This document shows, piece after piece, positions 1-10,400 of a DNA stretch of 64,000 nt. Numbering within the stretch: position 1 is the first letter of the stretch; every line of letters starts with the position of its first letter. Location: contig CM000207.1 in the NCBI GenBank assembly GCA_000002445.1, forward strand, positions 896,001-960,000, read 5' to 3'. The position numbers were made by a program, and so were the translations under genes. The stretch comes from Trypanosoma brucei. Lineage: Eukaryota. The notes below the pieces were generated by a model. The model saw only the letters and a list, made by a program, of their open reading frames with translations. It had not been told where the DNA came from and did not search any database.

Positions 1-1494
1 CGGCTCCAAAAAAAAATAGGCGAGCAAAACGCTGCGGCGCAACAGCAGCGCCAACAACAACAACAACAACCGCCGGGTCAGACACGCCAGTCTGCGTTTG
101 AGGGCAAACGCCCACCAAATTCTGTTGGCGATTCGCAGCGACCTGTTAGTCCCTCCAGTGGAGGTAACTCCCCGCTTAGTGTTTCGGGTGTTCCGGCAGC
201 GGTTTCAGTAGCTGGCGTGGAGGTCGCGGCAAGGCCAATCCAACCACCCCCTGCTGCCCGCAATAGTTTAATCCCCGCCCCGCGCAGTGCGGCGTCGCGC
301 CAGAGTAGCATTGTGGTTACGACCCCGCTTACTTCTACCGTGAGTACCTCCTTCGCAGTTAAGCAAGTGGCTACAACGGAAACTGTGGCAACTTACATGC
401 ATAACGTTACGCGGTGTGACTGCACCGTTGATATGGTCGTTGACGAAATCGCCAACGCATTTGAGAACGTCATAAGTGTTGTTGTTGTGTGGACGGAGCG
501 CTGTCTGACGGTTGTGAAGACGGCAAAGCAACGAGTTCTGTTTGGCCCTTTTCTTTGTTCCGTAGAGCGGCAGTGCGGGGGAACGTTGAAAGAGAAACTC
601 CGCCAGGTGGCCATGGATGCTTTTCGTAATGCTGTTCGGCAGAAGCTGTACGAGGATTTAGCAATCTTCAAGTATTGGACAGAGATGATCTGCAGTGATA
701 CAGCGCGAGAGGTGCTGGACGAAACCCTACTAAATGAGGGTCTAGACTGTGTAATGTCATTTGATCGATCGGCCGTGAGGATATATTTGCGCGACGTAGC
801 CATGCAATTGCAGCAGCGGTCATCTGGCCCACAGCGCGAACCAAGCCTCGAGAAGAATGATTTCATTCGATATCGTCCATTGCAGGTTATTCACGCAAAT
901 ACCGCGGAGTCTGGAGTTGAGCCAATACTGGCCTTAATTGACTATCCTGATGTGCGAAAACAATCCATCGAGATTGACTTATATTGCACAATAGTGACTG
1001 ACAATCCACCCAAGAATGTCCTATTTGACTCCTTGGCGAGTTCTCCGTGTTTGGAGTCTCCATTAGCTGCTGCAGAGGTTTTCAGTGCCCTGTTGCATGC
1101 GTGGCTTAAGAGTGGCTTCGCGAATTCCATTCAAGATCATGTTGACATATGTTTACTTGCCGTCAACAACCGAGATCGGGCTACGCGTGAGATCCTTTTG
1201 CTGATGGAACTCTATTCTGTGCTGAAGAATGTTGTTCCACCTTCGACGAGGTCGATTGAAATGGGAGAGATTGCGTTGAAGGTGTTGAAAAAAGGACTTG
1301 TCACGGAGGAAACGAGGGTGCGCGCTTACAACTATTTGGAGCCACTAGAAAGAAATCCGCATCACTTTATTGGTATACCACCCGGTTCTATCGCACGTTC
1401 CGAATTTGAAAGCAGCAAGCCGGTTATCAGCACACTTAAGGAGAGGAAATCTCACTCAGGCAATGGTTCTTCGGGCGCTGTGAGGCGGGTTTAG
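1..1494 (+). CDS. 5'-truncated CDS of a conserved hypothetical protein with an N-terminal polyglutamine tract; the window starts inside the gene
   Basis: Frame 1 is open from nt 1 to the stop at 1492-1494. I translated 1-216 by hand (RLQKKIGEQNAAAQQQRQQQQQQPPGQ...) and found no stop and no in-frame ATG, so the 217 ORF-track start is a GTG artefact. The polyQ is encoded by a CAG/CAA run at about 40-75. No recognisable domain. Confidence 0.6.
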   Translation, partial: RLQKKIGEQNAAAQQQRQQQQQQPPGQTRQSAFEGKRPPNSVGDSQRPVSPSSGGNSPLSVSGVPAAVSVAGVEVAARPIQPPPAARNSLIPAPRSAASRQSSIVVTTPLTSTVSTSFAVKQVATTETVATYMHNVTRCDCTVDMVVDEIANAFENVISVVVVWTERCLTVVKTAKQRVLFGPFLCSVERQCGGTLKEKLRQVAMDAFRNAVRQKLYEDLAIFKYWTEMICSDTAREVLDETLLNEGLDCVMSFDRSAVRIYLRDVAMQLQQRSSGPQREPSLEKNDFIRYRPLQVIHANTAESGVEPILALIDYPDVRKQSIEIDLYCTIVTDNPPKNVLFDSLASSPCLESPLAAAEVFSALLHAWLKSGFANSIQDHVDICLLAVNNRDRATREILLLMELYSVLKNVVPPSTRSIEMGEIALKVLKKGLVTEETRVRAYNYLEPLERNPHHFIGIPPGSIARSEFESSKPVISTLKERKSHSGNGSSGAVRRV

Positions 1495-1852
1495 GCGTTG
1501 GGACGTTAGACAGTCTAATGGCACTGTTTGTATGATTTGTTTGTATTTGTTTGTGAAGGAATAAGGTGATAAAAAGAGAGGAAAAAGAAAGAGCCACACG
1601 GAGACGCTTTTGTCTTCTCTTCTCTTGCCTTTGCTTTTTTTTTTTAAGGTAGAGAAATGGTTGTGCTGCAGAGAAGGAGATAAAGGGACGGAAGAATTGG
1701 AGATATGGGATAAAAGAAGAAACACACGCAAAAAAGGAATGAGGAAGGGGGGGGGAGGAGAGGGGGTTAACAGGTTACTCGTTATAATAACGTACCGCTT
1801 GGTTTCTTTTGGGGAAGCACATGCCATAATTTCTCTCTCACTTTTTTTTTCG

Positions 1853-1890
<38 letters not shown>

Positions 1891-4152
1891 ACTTGTGTGT
1901 CTTTTCGTCGTTAGTTGCGTATCGGGGTGCATGTAGGGGAAGTGCAGATGTGGAGTGCCACTCTTTTTTGCCGCTCGCGATACGTGGCGTTAGACTGAAA
2001 GTGATATGTTTTGCGGCATCTCTGTGTACGCTTACTCATCTGCGCTTGAAACTGCATAATACCACGAGTGACGAAAAGAGAGAGAGACGGATAAAAGGAA
2101 TGAATGAATGAAAAAAAACACTGAAAATACCAATAGAAGAGGAGAGGTTGAAGAGATTTTGTCATGTTATCTTTGTTGCGTATTAGTGGCTGCTTATTTC
2201 CTTTGTGGTGGCAACAGGTTTCATTTTTTTCCTTTTTTTTTTTCATTTCATCACTTACCGTTTTTTATTTATTTTAATTTGTTAACGGTCTGTCGCTGCT
2301 GCGTGTTTTCGATAGCTATGAGTTGTTACTGATCCTCCTTCCACCTCCAGAAAAAGGAACAAAATAAGGTAAACAAAACGACCACCGGAGGGGAATTGGG
2401 AAGTAAAAGCAGAGAAAAGAGAAAATAAATCTAGGGGCTGATTGATGGAGTGTTCGAGAGGTTTCGTGGCGGAATAAATTAACGTGAACCAACAACTTCA
2501 TCGTGAAAAGCAAAGCAAAAGGGAGAAGGCAAAACAAAACAGAATGGGGAAAAGAAGGGCAAAACTTTTTTATTTGTATACATTTGCGCTTGTGTTTGTG
2601 TCTGTTTGAGGGTGCGTACAAGAGGAAAATGATATTAATAATATTTAAAATCTTAACGGAGGGGCCGACGTGACGGCAGAGTTCTCCCAGGGGACAAACG
2701 TAAGCTCACACACACGCACATCAAATACACATACACATACATATGCATGGCGGGGGAAGAAAGCAAAAACAACAGCAAATAAACACATAAATTAGAAGGA
2801 GAGATTTTATTCAAAGGAAAATATGATGGAAATGGACGCAGTCCTTCCACCGCAGGAGGAGGAACTTCAAGTCTTGTTTTTCTTTTTATTCTTTCTGTTC
2901 TGTTTGTCGGCCCCGTTTCCGCGTTATTTTTGTTTGTTATTTTTGCGTTTTTTTTTTGTGAACCAACAACGAAAGACTCTGAAATGTATTTTTGGAGCCA
3001 TTTTACCGTTGTCGCATTACGTGTGTGTTCTTTTTTTTTAAAAAAATGATTAGCTTACCCGAATGTCGACTTTCCTTTGCTTGTTCAGCCCTTTTGCCTT
3101 CCGTTTCCTTCAACAAAAAGAGAGGAAGAAAAGTTAAACTGTTTCTTGTTTACTGTGTTGACGTATATATATATATATATATTTGCCCTCTTTTCGTTAG
3201 TCCCTTCTTTTTTTCCTTTTATTGTCTTTCTGTCTCTTTGCGCCCATTTTTTTTTTTTAATTCTGCTGCTGTTAGTTTCCCCCTTTCCTTTCCCTTAACT
3301 TTTCTTTTATCTTCATTCCTCACTCTCCGCTGTGTCTGTGGGATGTGTTGCGAATTGAGTAGATGGAGAGGGTGCGATCAAAATGTATGTGTCTGTGCGT
3401 ATATGGAGATGTTGTGGTAAACCGTAGTTTTGAGGTAACTGTTATCACAAGCGTTGTTAATTTTGCCGGGGCATTGTAACAATCACGATGAGTGATTTCC
3501 ATCGTTTGATTGGATGAATCTATATGTGCGTCATTACGAACCCTCCCCTTTTCGCTTCTTCTAAAATATCTGAAAATATATATATATATATATATACATA
3601 AATGTTTATTCATACGCGAACGTGCGCGTCTTTGTTTGCTTTATCAGGGTCACGCCCTCGGTATCCTGTGCTATCTTTTTTTCTCATGTTGTGAACCAGA
3701 CGGTGAAGGTTAATTGCGTTTCTTTCCTCACTTTTTCCTATTGCATTTCAATGGGTCGCGTAGTAGTGTCAACCGGGCATTTACATATTTAAGTACACAT
3801 ATCTACGTAGGCCTGACTCTTTCTTTCTTTGGAGAGTTCGCGCTACTGCAAAGATACAGTTGCGGGACCGCTGCCGGTTTTAGCTGCTTTTACCGTCAAA
3901 GCTTGTCCTAATTGTCACAGCTTCCCTCGTAAGTGGATCGAGCTTTGTGTACGTGAACTTAAGATTCTTCGGAACATTCTCTCACAAAGTAGTTCACAGG
4001 TTAGGAGGGAAGAAAAGGGGTTTTGAATTGGCGCTGCAACGGCGTAGTGACTCGTAGCGCTGCACGACCACTTGTAGCTTGCAAGCTGCACTTTTACTTT
4101 TATTATTATTATTATTATTTAAATACGCTCCTTTTGCCGTCTAAGGTACTAA

Positions 4153-6177
4153 ATGAGTGGATCGTTGAACGTGGAGCAGGGGCCGCGTGAAGCGTCACCG
4201 GGATCGGCGACACTGTTGGATTCACCGGCGGCAACAGGAATGAGTACCCGCCACGCAGAGCAAGTGGTTCAGAGTATCAAAGTCTTGTATGAGCTTCATA
4301 AAAGCGGTGCCCTTTCACTCGAGGAATTCAACGCAGCAAAACAGCAAATCCTGTTTCCACCTCATTCGTTACTATCGGTGTCGGGACGGTCAAGTGAGGT
4401 AGGGCATGCAGAATACGTGAGAAGTAGGCACATCAAAAAAAGGGAAAACCGCGGTAGCAAACGCGGTTCAAGTCACTGGAGCAGCACGAGCAGCAGCAGT
4501 AGCAGTATCAGCACAGTTAGTAACTTTATGGTCGCACCCCGCCCGAGAGTGTGGTTGCCCCTCGTTGATGAAGGATCTGGCGATGGTGTAAATCATGACG
4601 CCGTAATGAAAGAGGAGTTAGATGAGGGATTCCTCTCTGGACCCGTGGATAAGGCGGGATACTACTCGCTTCGGTCAAGAACTCTATCCCAGGACCGGGG
4701 AAGACCCTGTGCGCCGCCGAGCAGCAACGGCCATGGGAGTAACCTGAAGCGTTATGGTACATTTAGGTCCCCATGGCCCGTCGTGATTGGTGACACCAGC
4801 ATCCCCAAAGAATCTGTTCGGGCACCGATGCTCCCCGTCAATCAAGTGTTTGTGGAATACTTCAACTGCCGCGGCGAGCGGGGTCAAACGTTTAGCAGCG
4901 TGGAACTCAAGGAACATCAGTTGCGTCCACCCCTCTTTCTTCATAAGCGGTTTGCTACAGGGCAGCGTGAGAGGGTACCGGAGGCGCTAAGTACTTTGGC
5001 CCATACGCAGGAACTGGTTCCGTCTGAGTCTGCAGTTTTGCATGAAGAATATCCAGCAGCAGAACCGCCGGATGCCCCTTCCGTATCGGGGAACTCCAGT
5101 TTAGAGTTGTGCCTTAACTGGTATTGGGTAGATATGGTGGGTCGTGACCCCTCGGAGGTAATGTACAAAAATGCTCTCCGTCATTTGACGAAGCAGTTTG
5201 ATATTGCAGAATCTTTTCTACTGGACCGCGAACACCCTCTGGTGTTACCGCAGATTTGCAGTTCCCCTGAGGATCCCTCGCAGTTCCTAATTTGCCTCCG
5301 TGTTGCCACAGCTAAAATTGCGCTCGATGATGACAGTGTAAAGGAACTTACGAACCGCTGGATTCTCGTAGTAGATCTGAAGCGAAAGGTTGTCATCACC
5401 ATCCACCGCATGGATAGTTCGTATATTGCCAACATGCGCTATCACTGGAAATCATTGATGGAGCGAAGTGACATATCATTCGAAGAGTTTCTTGTGAGGA
5501 TCATGCATGACGCGGTCTGTACATACACCAGCCATCTAATTGCCCACTCCGATATTCTCGAGAAATGCGAGGCAAAGCTCTTTGTTTCCAGTCGCAGGGG
5601 GACAAATAATGTTCCGGGTACCGAGTACAGCGCTAGCAAGCAGCATGCTGAAGGGAGGATCTTCTCACTTTTTGTCGATGGTTCCTCATCACCGTTTCTC
5701 TTGAAGTTGATGGATACAAAAAATAAAGAGCCGATGGATAAGGGGCTCATGAACATTTTCCTTTATCATTTACATCGTCGTGCGAGTGTTCACCACCGTG
5801 TACTTAATATGACGAGGGTAGTGCTTTCCGAGAGCTTCACAAAACTTGGACTTTGCAGCAAGGAATATGCGGATGAGATGTGTGTACACTGCATAGAGCT
5901 GATCGACCGCGCGCTAGAAATTTGCGATGATGCCAAAACTCTCCTCGACATGCATATTTCTTTGCAATCGTTTCGAACGAACGAACTAATGGCGCTTCTA
6001 ACGAAATTTTCGGCCTTCTTCACACCTAGTTCTTTCCTTGCCGCAGTGTATGGTATGAATTTTCCCCACATACCTGAGTTGCAATGGGCATGGGGCTATC
6101 CATGCTATTGGTTGGCATGTATTGTGGCTTGTGTCCTCATATATCTTTACATGTACCGACGAGGACTTCTGGAGTAG
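4153..6177 (+). CDS. CorA/Mrs2-family (MIT) magnesium transporter-like protein with a roughly 300-aa Ser-rich N-terminal extension
   Basis: The C-terminus reads ...LMALLTKFSAFFTPSSFLAAVYGMNFPHIPELQWAWGYPCYWLACIVACVLIYLYMYRRG. That is the CorA signature YGMNF between two hydrophobic helices, followed by a basic tail. A true ATG at 4153 sits behind a pyrimidine tract (4091-4138) and an AG. Confidence 0.75.
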   Translation: MSGSLNVEQGPREASPGSATLLDSPAATGMSTRHAEQVVQSIKVLYELHKSGALSLEEFNAAKQQILFPPHSLLSVSGRSSEVGHAEYVRSRHIKKRENRGSKRGSSHWSSTSSSSSSISTVSNFMVAPRPRVWLPLVDEGSGDGVNHDAVMKEELDEGFLSGPVDKAGYYSLRSRTLSQDRGRPCAPPSSNGHGSNLKRYGTFRSPWPVVIGDTSIPKESVRAPMLPVNQVFVEYFNCRGERGQTFSSVELKEHQLRPPLFLHKRFATGQRERVPEALSTLAHTQELVPSESAVLHEEYPAAEPPDAPSVSGNSSLELCLNWYWVDMVGRDPSEVMYKNALRHLTKQFDIAESFLLDREHPLVLPQICSSPEDPSQFLICLRVATAKIALDDDSVKELTNRWILVVDLKRKVVITIHRMDSSYIANMRYHWKSLMERSDISFEEFLVRIMHDAVCTYTSHLIAHSDILEKCEAKLFVSSRRGTNNVPGTEYSASKQHAEGRIFSLFVDGSSSPFLLKLMDTKNKEPMDKGLMNIFLYHLHRRASVHHRVLNMTRVVLSESFTKLGLCSKEYADEMCVHCIELIDRALEICDDAKTLLDMHISLQSFRTNELMALLTKFSAFFTPSSFLAAVYGMNFPHIPELQWAWGYPCYWLACIVACVLIYLYMYRRGLLE

Positions 6178-6523
6178 ATACCATGATTCTGTTGCCCGCG
6201 TCGACACCAAAAGAAAAGAAAAGAGAGAAAGAAAGAAAAAAAAAAGAAGATCCAACTTGAAGGAGGCGATACCTCATTTCTTCTTTCACTCTTTTACCGT
6301 TTATGATTTTTTTTTGTTACTTTTGGGAATCATGTAATTTCGCATTACGTGTTGTTGTTTTTTTTTTAAATAAAAAAAAAGGGGGGTTCGTTCCACAGTG
6401 TGTGTTTGTGTGTGGATGGGCAGGAACGAAGTTTTTTAATTAAAAAAAAAGCATATTTGTGTGCATCTGCGTGGCTGCTCGCATCTGTGCTTATGTTTGG
6501 TCGCAATACCGATAGCAGCACGA

Positions 6524-6560
<37 letters not shown>

Positions 6561-7286
6561 GAGGGCTGATGAGGAAGTTTGACGCCAAGTCATATGTGTG
6601 AAGTCCGTTATACTTTGATTTGTTTCACATATTCCTCTCCCTTCAATCTCTTCGTAAGCGTTAATGCGCCTTCTTTGTTCATACTGCTGCTTACCACGTG
6701 GTCCCGAAATGTCACCGCTACCCTTATCACCATTCGAACTACCGTGTTCAGCAAAACTAAAACTAAGTGGTCGAATGAACATAACTTTCTTCTGTTGTCT
6801 TTTCTCCTTTACCTTCTCTGTGTCATATCAATAAATATATATATCTCCTGTTCTTGTTTTTATTAGTGACCGTCCCCCACTGCTAGTGTCAGTTGTATAC
6901 ATATATAATCATATATATATACATATACATATACTTAGGTTCGTTAGTTATATTTTACCTTAATTGCGGTTGTGGTTGTTCCAAACATTTTGTTTCTATT
7001 TGGAGGCAAAGAAAACACAAATACGCACACGAGCACCCAAATATATTACATAGAAGGGGAAAGACGTTGACAGCGAAGAAGAGAGGGAGTGTGTAAAATA
7101 TATAGTGGAGAGAGGGTGGTAACAAAAAAAATTGGTAAAGAAATTCGCGTCTGTTTCTTTTTTTTTTTGCAAGGGAGACCGTCGAAAGGAAGATAAGGAT
7201 TTTTTTTTGTGTGTGAGTGTGTTGTTGGTGTGCGTGAAGCTGAGGAAGGTAAAAAAAAAAAGTTCGTACCGTGTTACCGTAATTGC

Positions 7287-7326
7287 TTTACTTTTTTTTT
7301 TGTTTCTTTTCGCGATTTTTGTCAGT
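7287..7326 (+). promoter_or_regulatory. Polypyrimidine tract upstream of the USP7-like gene
   Basis: tttacttttttttttgtttcttttcgcgatttttgtcag, about 100 nt before the ATG at 7423. Confidence 0.45.
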
Positions 7327-7422
7327 AAGTTTGTTGTTGCATATACGTATATACTTGTATAACGTAACCTCGCGCCTGTATATTACCTACAAGTGCACGT
7401 GCGTTGAACTTAACACAGTGCC

Positions 7423-10400
7423 ATGAATCAGAACAATTTATCTTGCGAGGACAGTGATGTTTCCACTAATCCTGGAAACGCCTCACCAGGTTCTGGGGAT
7501 GATAGCGGAACATCTTCTGAGGGACATCCGTCATGTGTGGATAATTCCGTGTCGCCGTCGGTATCTTCTCTGTTATCGCAAGCGGAAAAGAGCGCCACTG
7601 ATTCAGTTCATGCAGAGGAGGAGCACTTGGAAAAAGATACGGAGTTGAGACAAGGGATGAAACAGGGAGGGTTTGTAAAGAGCGCTGGACGCGGAAGCAA
7701 GGATCCGCTCGCGCTTGACCAAGCAGTGGCACCCGCGATACCGGTGCCATTTGTTGGTCTTATAAATGAGGGTTGTACATGTTACTTGAACTCTCTTCTT
7801 CAAATGTTGTTTCACTTATGCTACTTCCGAAACGCTGTTTATCTCACACCAACGGACGCTAATGATGAGAGTTGCTCGATACCTCGTGCGCTGCAATCAG
7901 TTTTCCATGAGATGGAGATACGCCGTACCCCAGTGCATACAAAAAAGTTGACAGCCGCCTTCGACTGGACTGAGAGCGAGCTTTACTCTCAGCATGACAT
8001 TCAAGAAATGGCCACGCTGCTTCGTGACAATCTTGAGGAGCGAATGAAGGGATCTGTAAGCGAGGGCGCGATCAACCGGATGTTTGAGGGCTATGGTGAG
8101 CAAGTTGTTGCAACACTCGACAAGAGCTTTTGTTCACGCAGCCGGGACACCTTTTACGATATCCACCTCCCCCTCGAGGGGCACACCAACCTCATGGATA
8201 GTTTACGCTCGCTCACAGCGAGGGACATGCTTGTTGGGGACAACAAGTATCGCGTTGAGGAACCTGGGAGGGAGCCACAATATAAGGACGCACAGAAAAG
8301 TTATGAATTCCGTCGCTTTCCACCTGTTATTTGGTTTCATTTAAAACGGTTCGAAATGGATCTCACATCACCTATACTGGAGACGAAGAAGGTGAACAGT
8401 TACTTGGAGTTTCCCGTGGAGTTGTCCCTCGAGGAATTGGAACACGAGACTCCCTCAAATTGGGGGGAATACGCTACCCAAGTATTTGCTGGGGATATGG
8501 GTGATGAAAAGAAAATGACGGGAGATGATGGGGGTGAGAAGAGGAAGAGGAGAAAAGGAGATAATGAAGTGGCAACGGCTATTGCACGGCCCTTCAGTAG
8601 GGATACACCAGCCGTATATGATCTGCAGGGAGTTATTGTGCACAAGGGTTCTGTCCGTAGCGGTCACTACTATTGCTACATAAGGGAATGGGATGCCACT
8701 GAGAAGAGGTTTACGCGTTGGTTGGAATTTGATGATGAGAGGGTAACAGTTGTCAGCCAGGAGGTTGCAGTGAATGACAACTTCGGCGTGCCTGTTCCAA
8801 CAGAGGGAAGGCCACTCTGGCACATGCCTACTAATAATGCTTATATGCTTTCATATGTAAGACGTGCCGATTGTCAGAGGATGTTTGAACGGCCGAAGAA
8901 TAACATTGTTCCTCAGTGTGTAAGGGATCAACTTCGGGAGGAAATCCAGGAGGAGAAACGACGTGAGGAGGAGGCAAACATGCGTCGCAGAAAATTGGTG
9001 CTATACGTCCTCACGGATGAAATAATCAGTGAGCATGTCAAGCGAGTACAACGTGAGACCTTTCCATCAGATCCTCGGATTTGGGAGGAAGTTTGTTTCC
9101 GTGTCGAAGTAGAAAAAACTACTCCGCTTCAAATGGTGTATGTTTCTGTCGCTGAGTGCGTACCGAACGTTAAAAAGAGGTTCAGGTTTGACGATTTCCG
9201 ACTCTGGCTCTCTCCGTGGACAAGCCACATCCACGTTGCGGTGCCGTTGCAACTGACCGAATCAACTAAGAATTGCTCACTCACTGAATACCTCAACTAT
9301 AGGAACGATGACAAATCACCACTGATGCACTTCCTTGTGTACCTACAACGACGGACAACACTTCCGCAGCTTTATGTACCGAATACCGCTTCATTGTTTG
9401 TTAATCAACGGCTTGGGGCTGAGGCGGTGGCTGCGTGCAACGGATGCACCATTATCCTCCCCAAACCAACTCCCATCAGCAGTATTACGTTCTACACAAT
9501 TTACTTTTCTGATTATGCGGCGCCATGCAACGTGCATATTTGCCTGTACGCTGCTGATGATCAAAAAACTCCTTGTGAAAGCAAAACATGTACACTCAGC
9601 CGGGACCTATGCATGTTTGACGTGAACTCCACGGGGCAAAAAATCGCATTAATCCGGTGCGCTGTGAGAGGTTCGCTAGCGTGGGTCTATTTATTAGCAA
9701 ACGAAAGACCCTCAATGTCGTCGTTACGGGTGACATATGGGTGTGAAGGGGAGGGGATCGAAGAAACTAACATTTCGTCTCTCCCCCGTATTGACAGGTG
9801 TGCTGTTTTGGTCTTTCTCAAATATTTCAACCCCGTCACCCGCCACGTTGCCTACGCAGGATCGGCGATGATTCCACTGCACGCAACAGTTGCCGATTGT
9901 GGGCGAGTGTTGCTACGTCTTTTGGGTGAGGACCCTGACTTAGTTGATACTCTTCTAATATATGAGGAAAGCCAGTGCCAAAATGTACTACTCGATAATG
10001 AGAAGACTCTCCAGAACTCTGGTATCATAGTTGGTAGTGTACTGATTGCGCAACAACGCAATTCGCGTGTGCACTCATATACTGATGTAAACGACTATCT
10101 GCTTAGTTTGCCAAACTTTATCCATGTGAAGGCCACCCATTCCGTCTTTGAGGAGCGCTACATGTTTTCGGAAGAAGACTCGGGTTATGAGGCTGATAAT
10201 GTTGAAGGAAGTGATGATTGCGTTGTACCAGCAAGGCCAGCCGTCGTGGAGGCGTCAATTCCCATGTCCGATGCGGACAGTGAGGTTCGCGGACAGACGA
10301 CGTTCTACCCACCAAGGAACTTTCACGTCATCAAAGCATATATGCTTACATTAGATAGCCAGTTGAAGTACGATGAGGTCTGTGAAGCAATTGGTACTGC

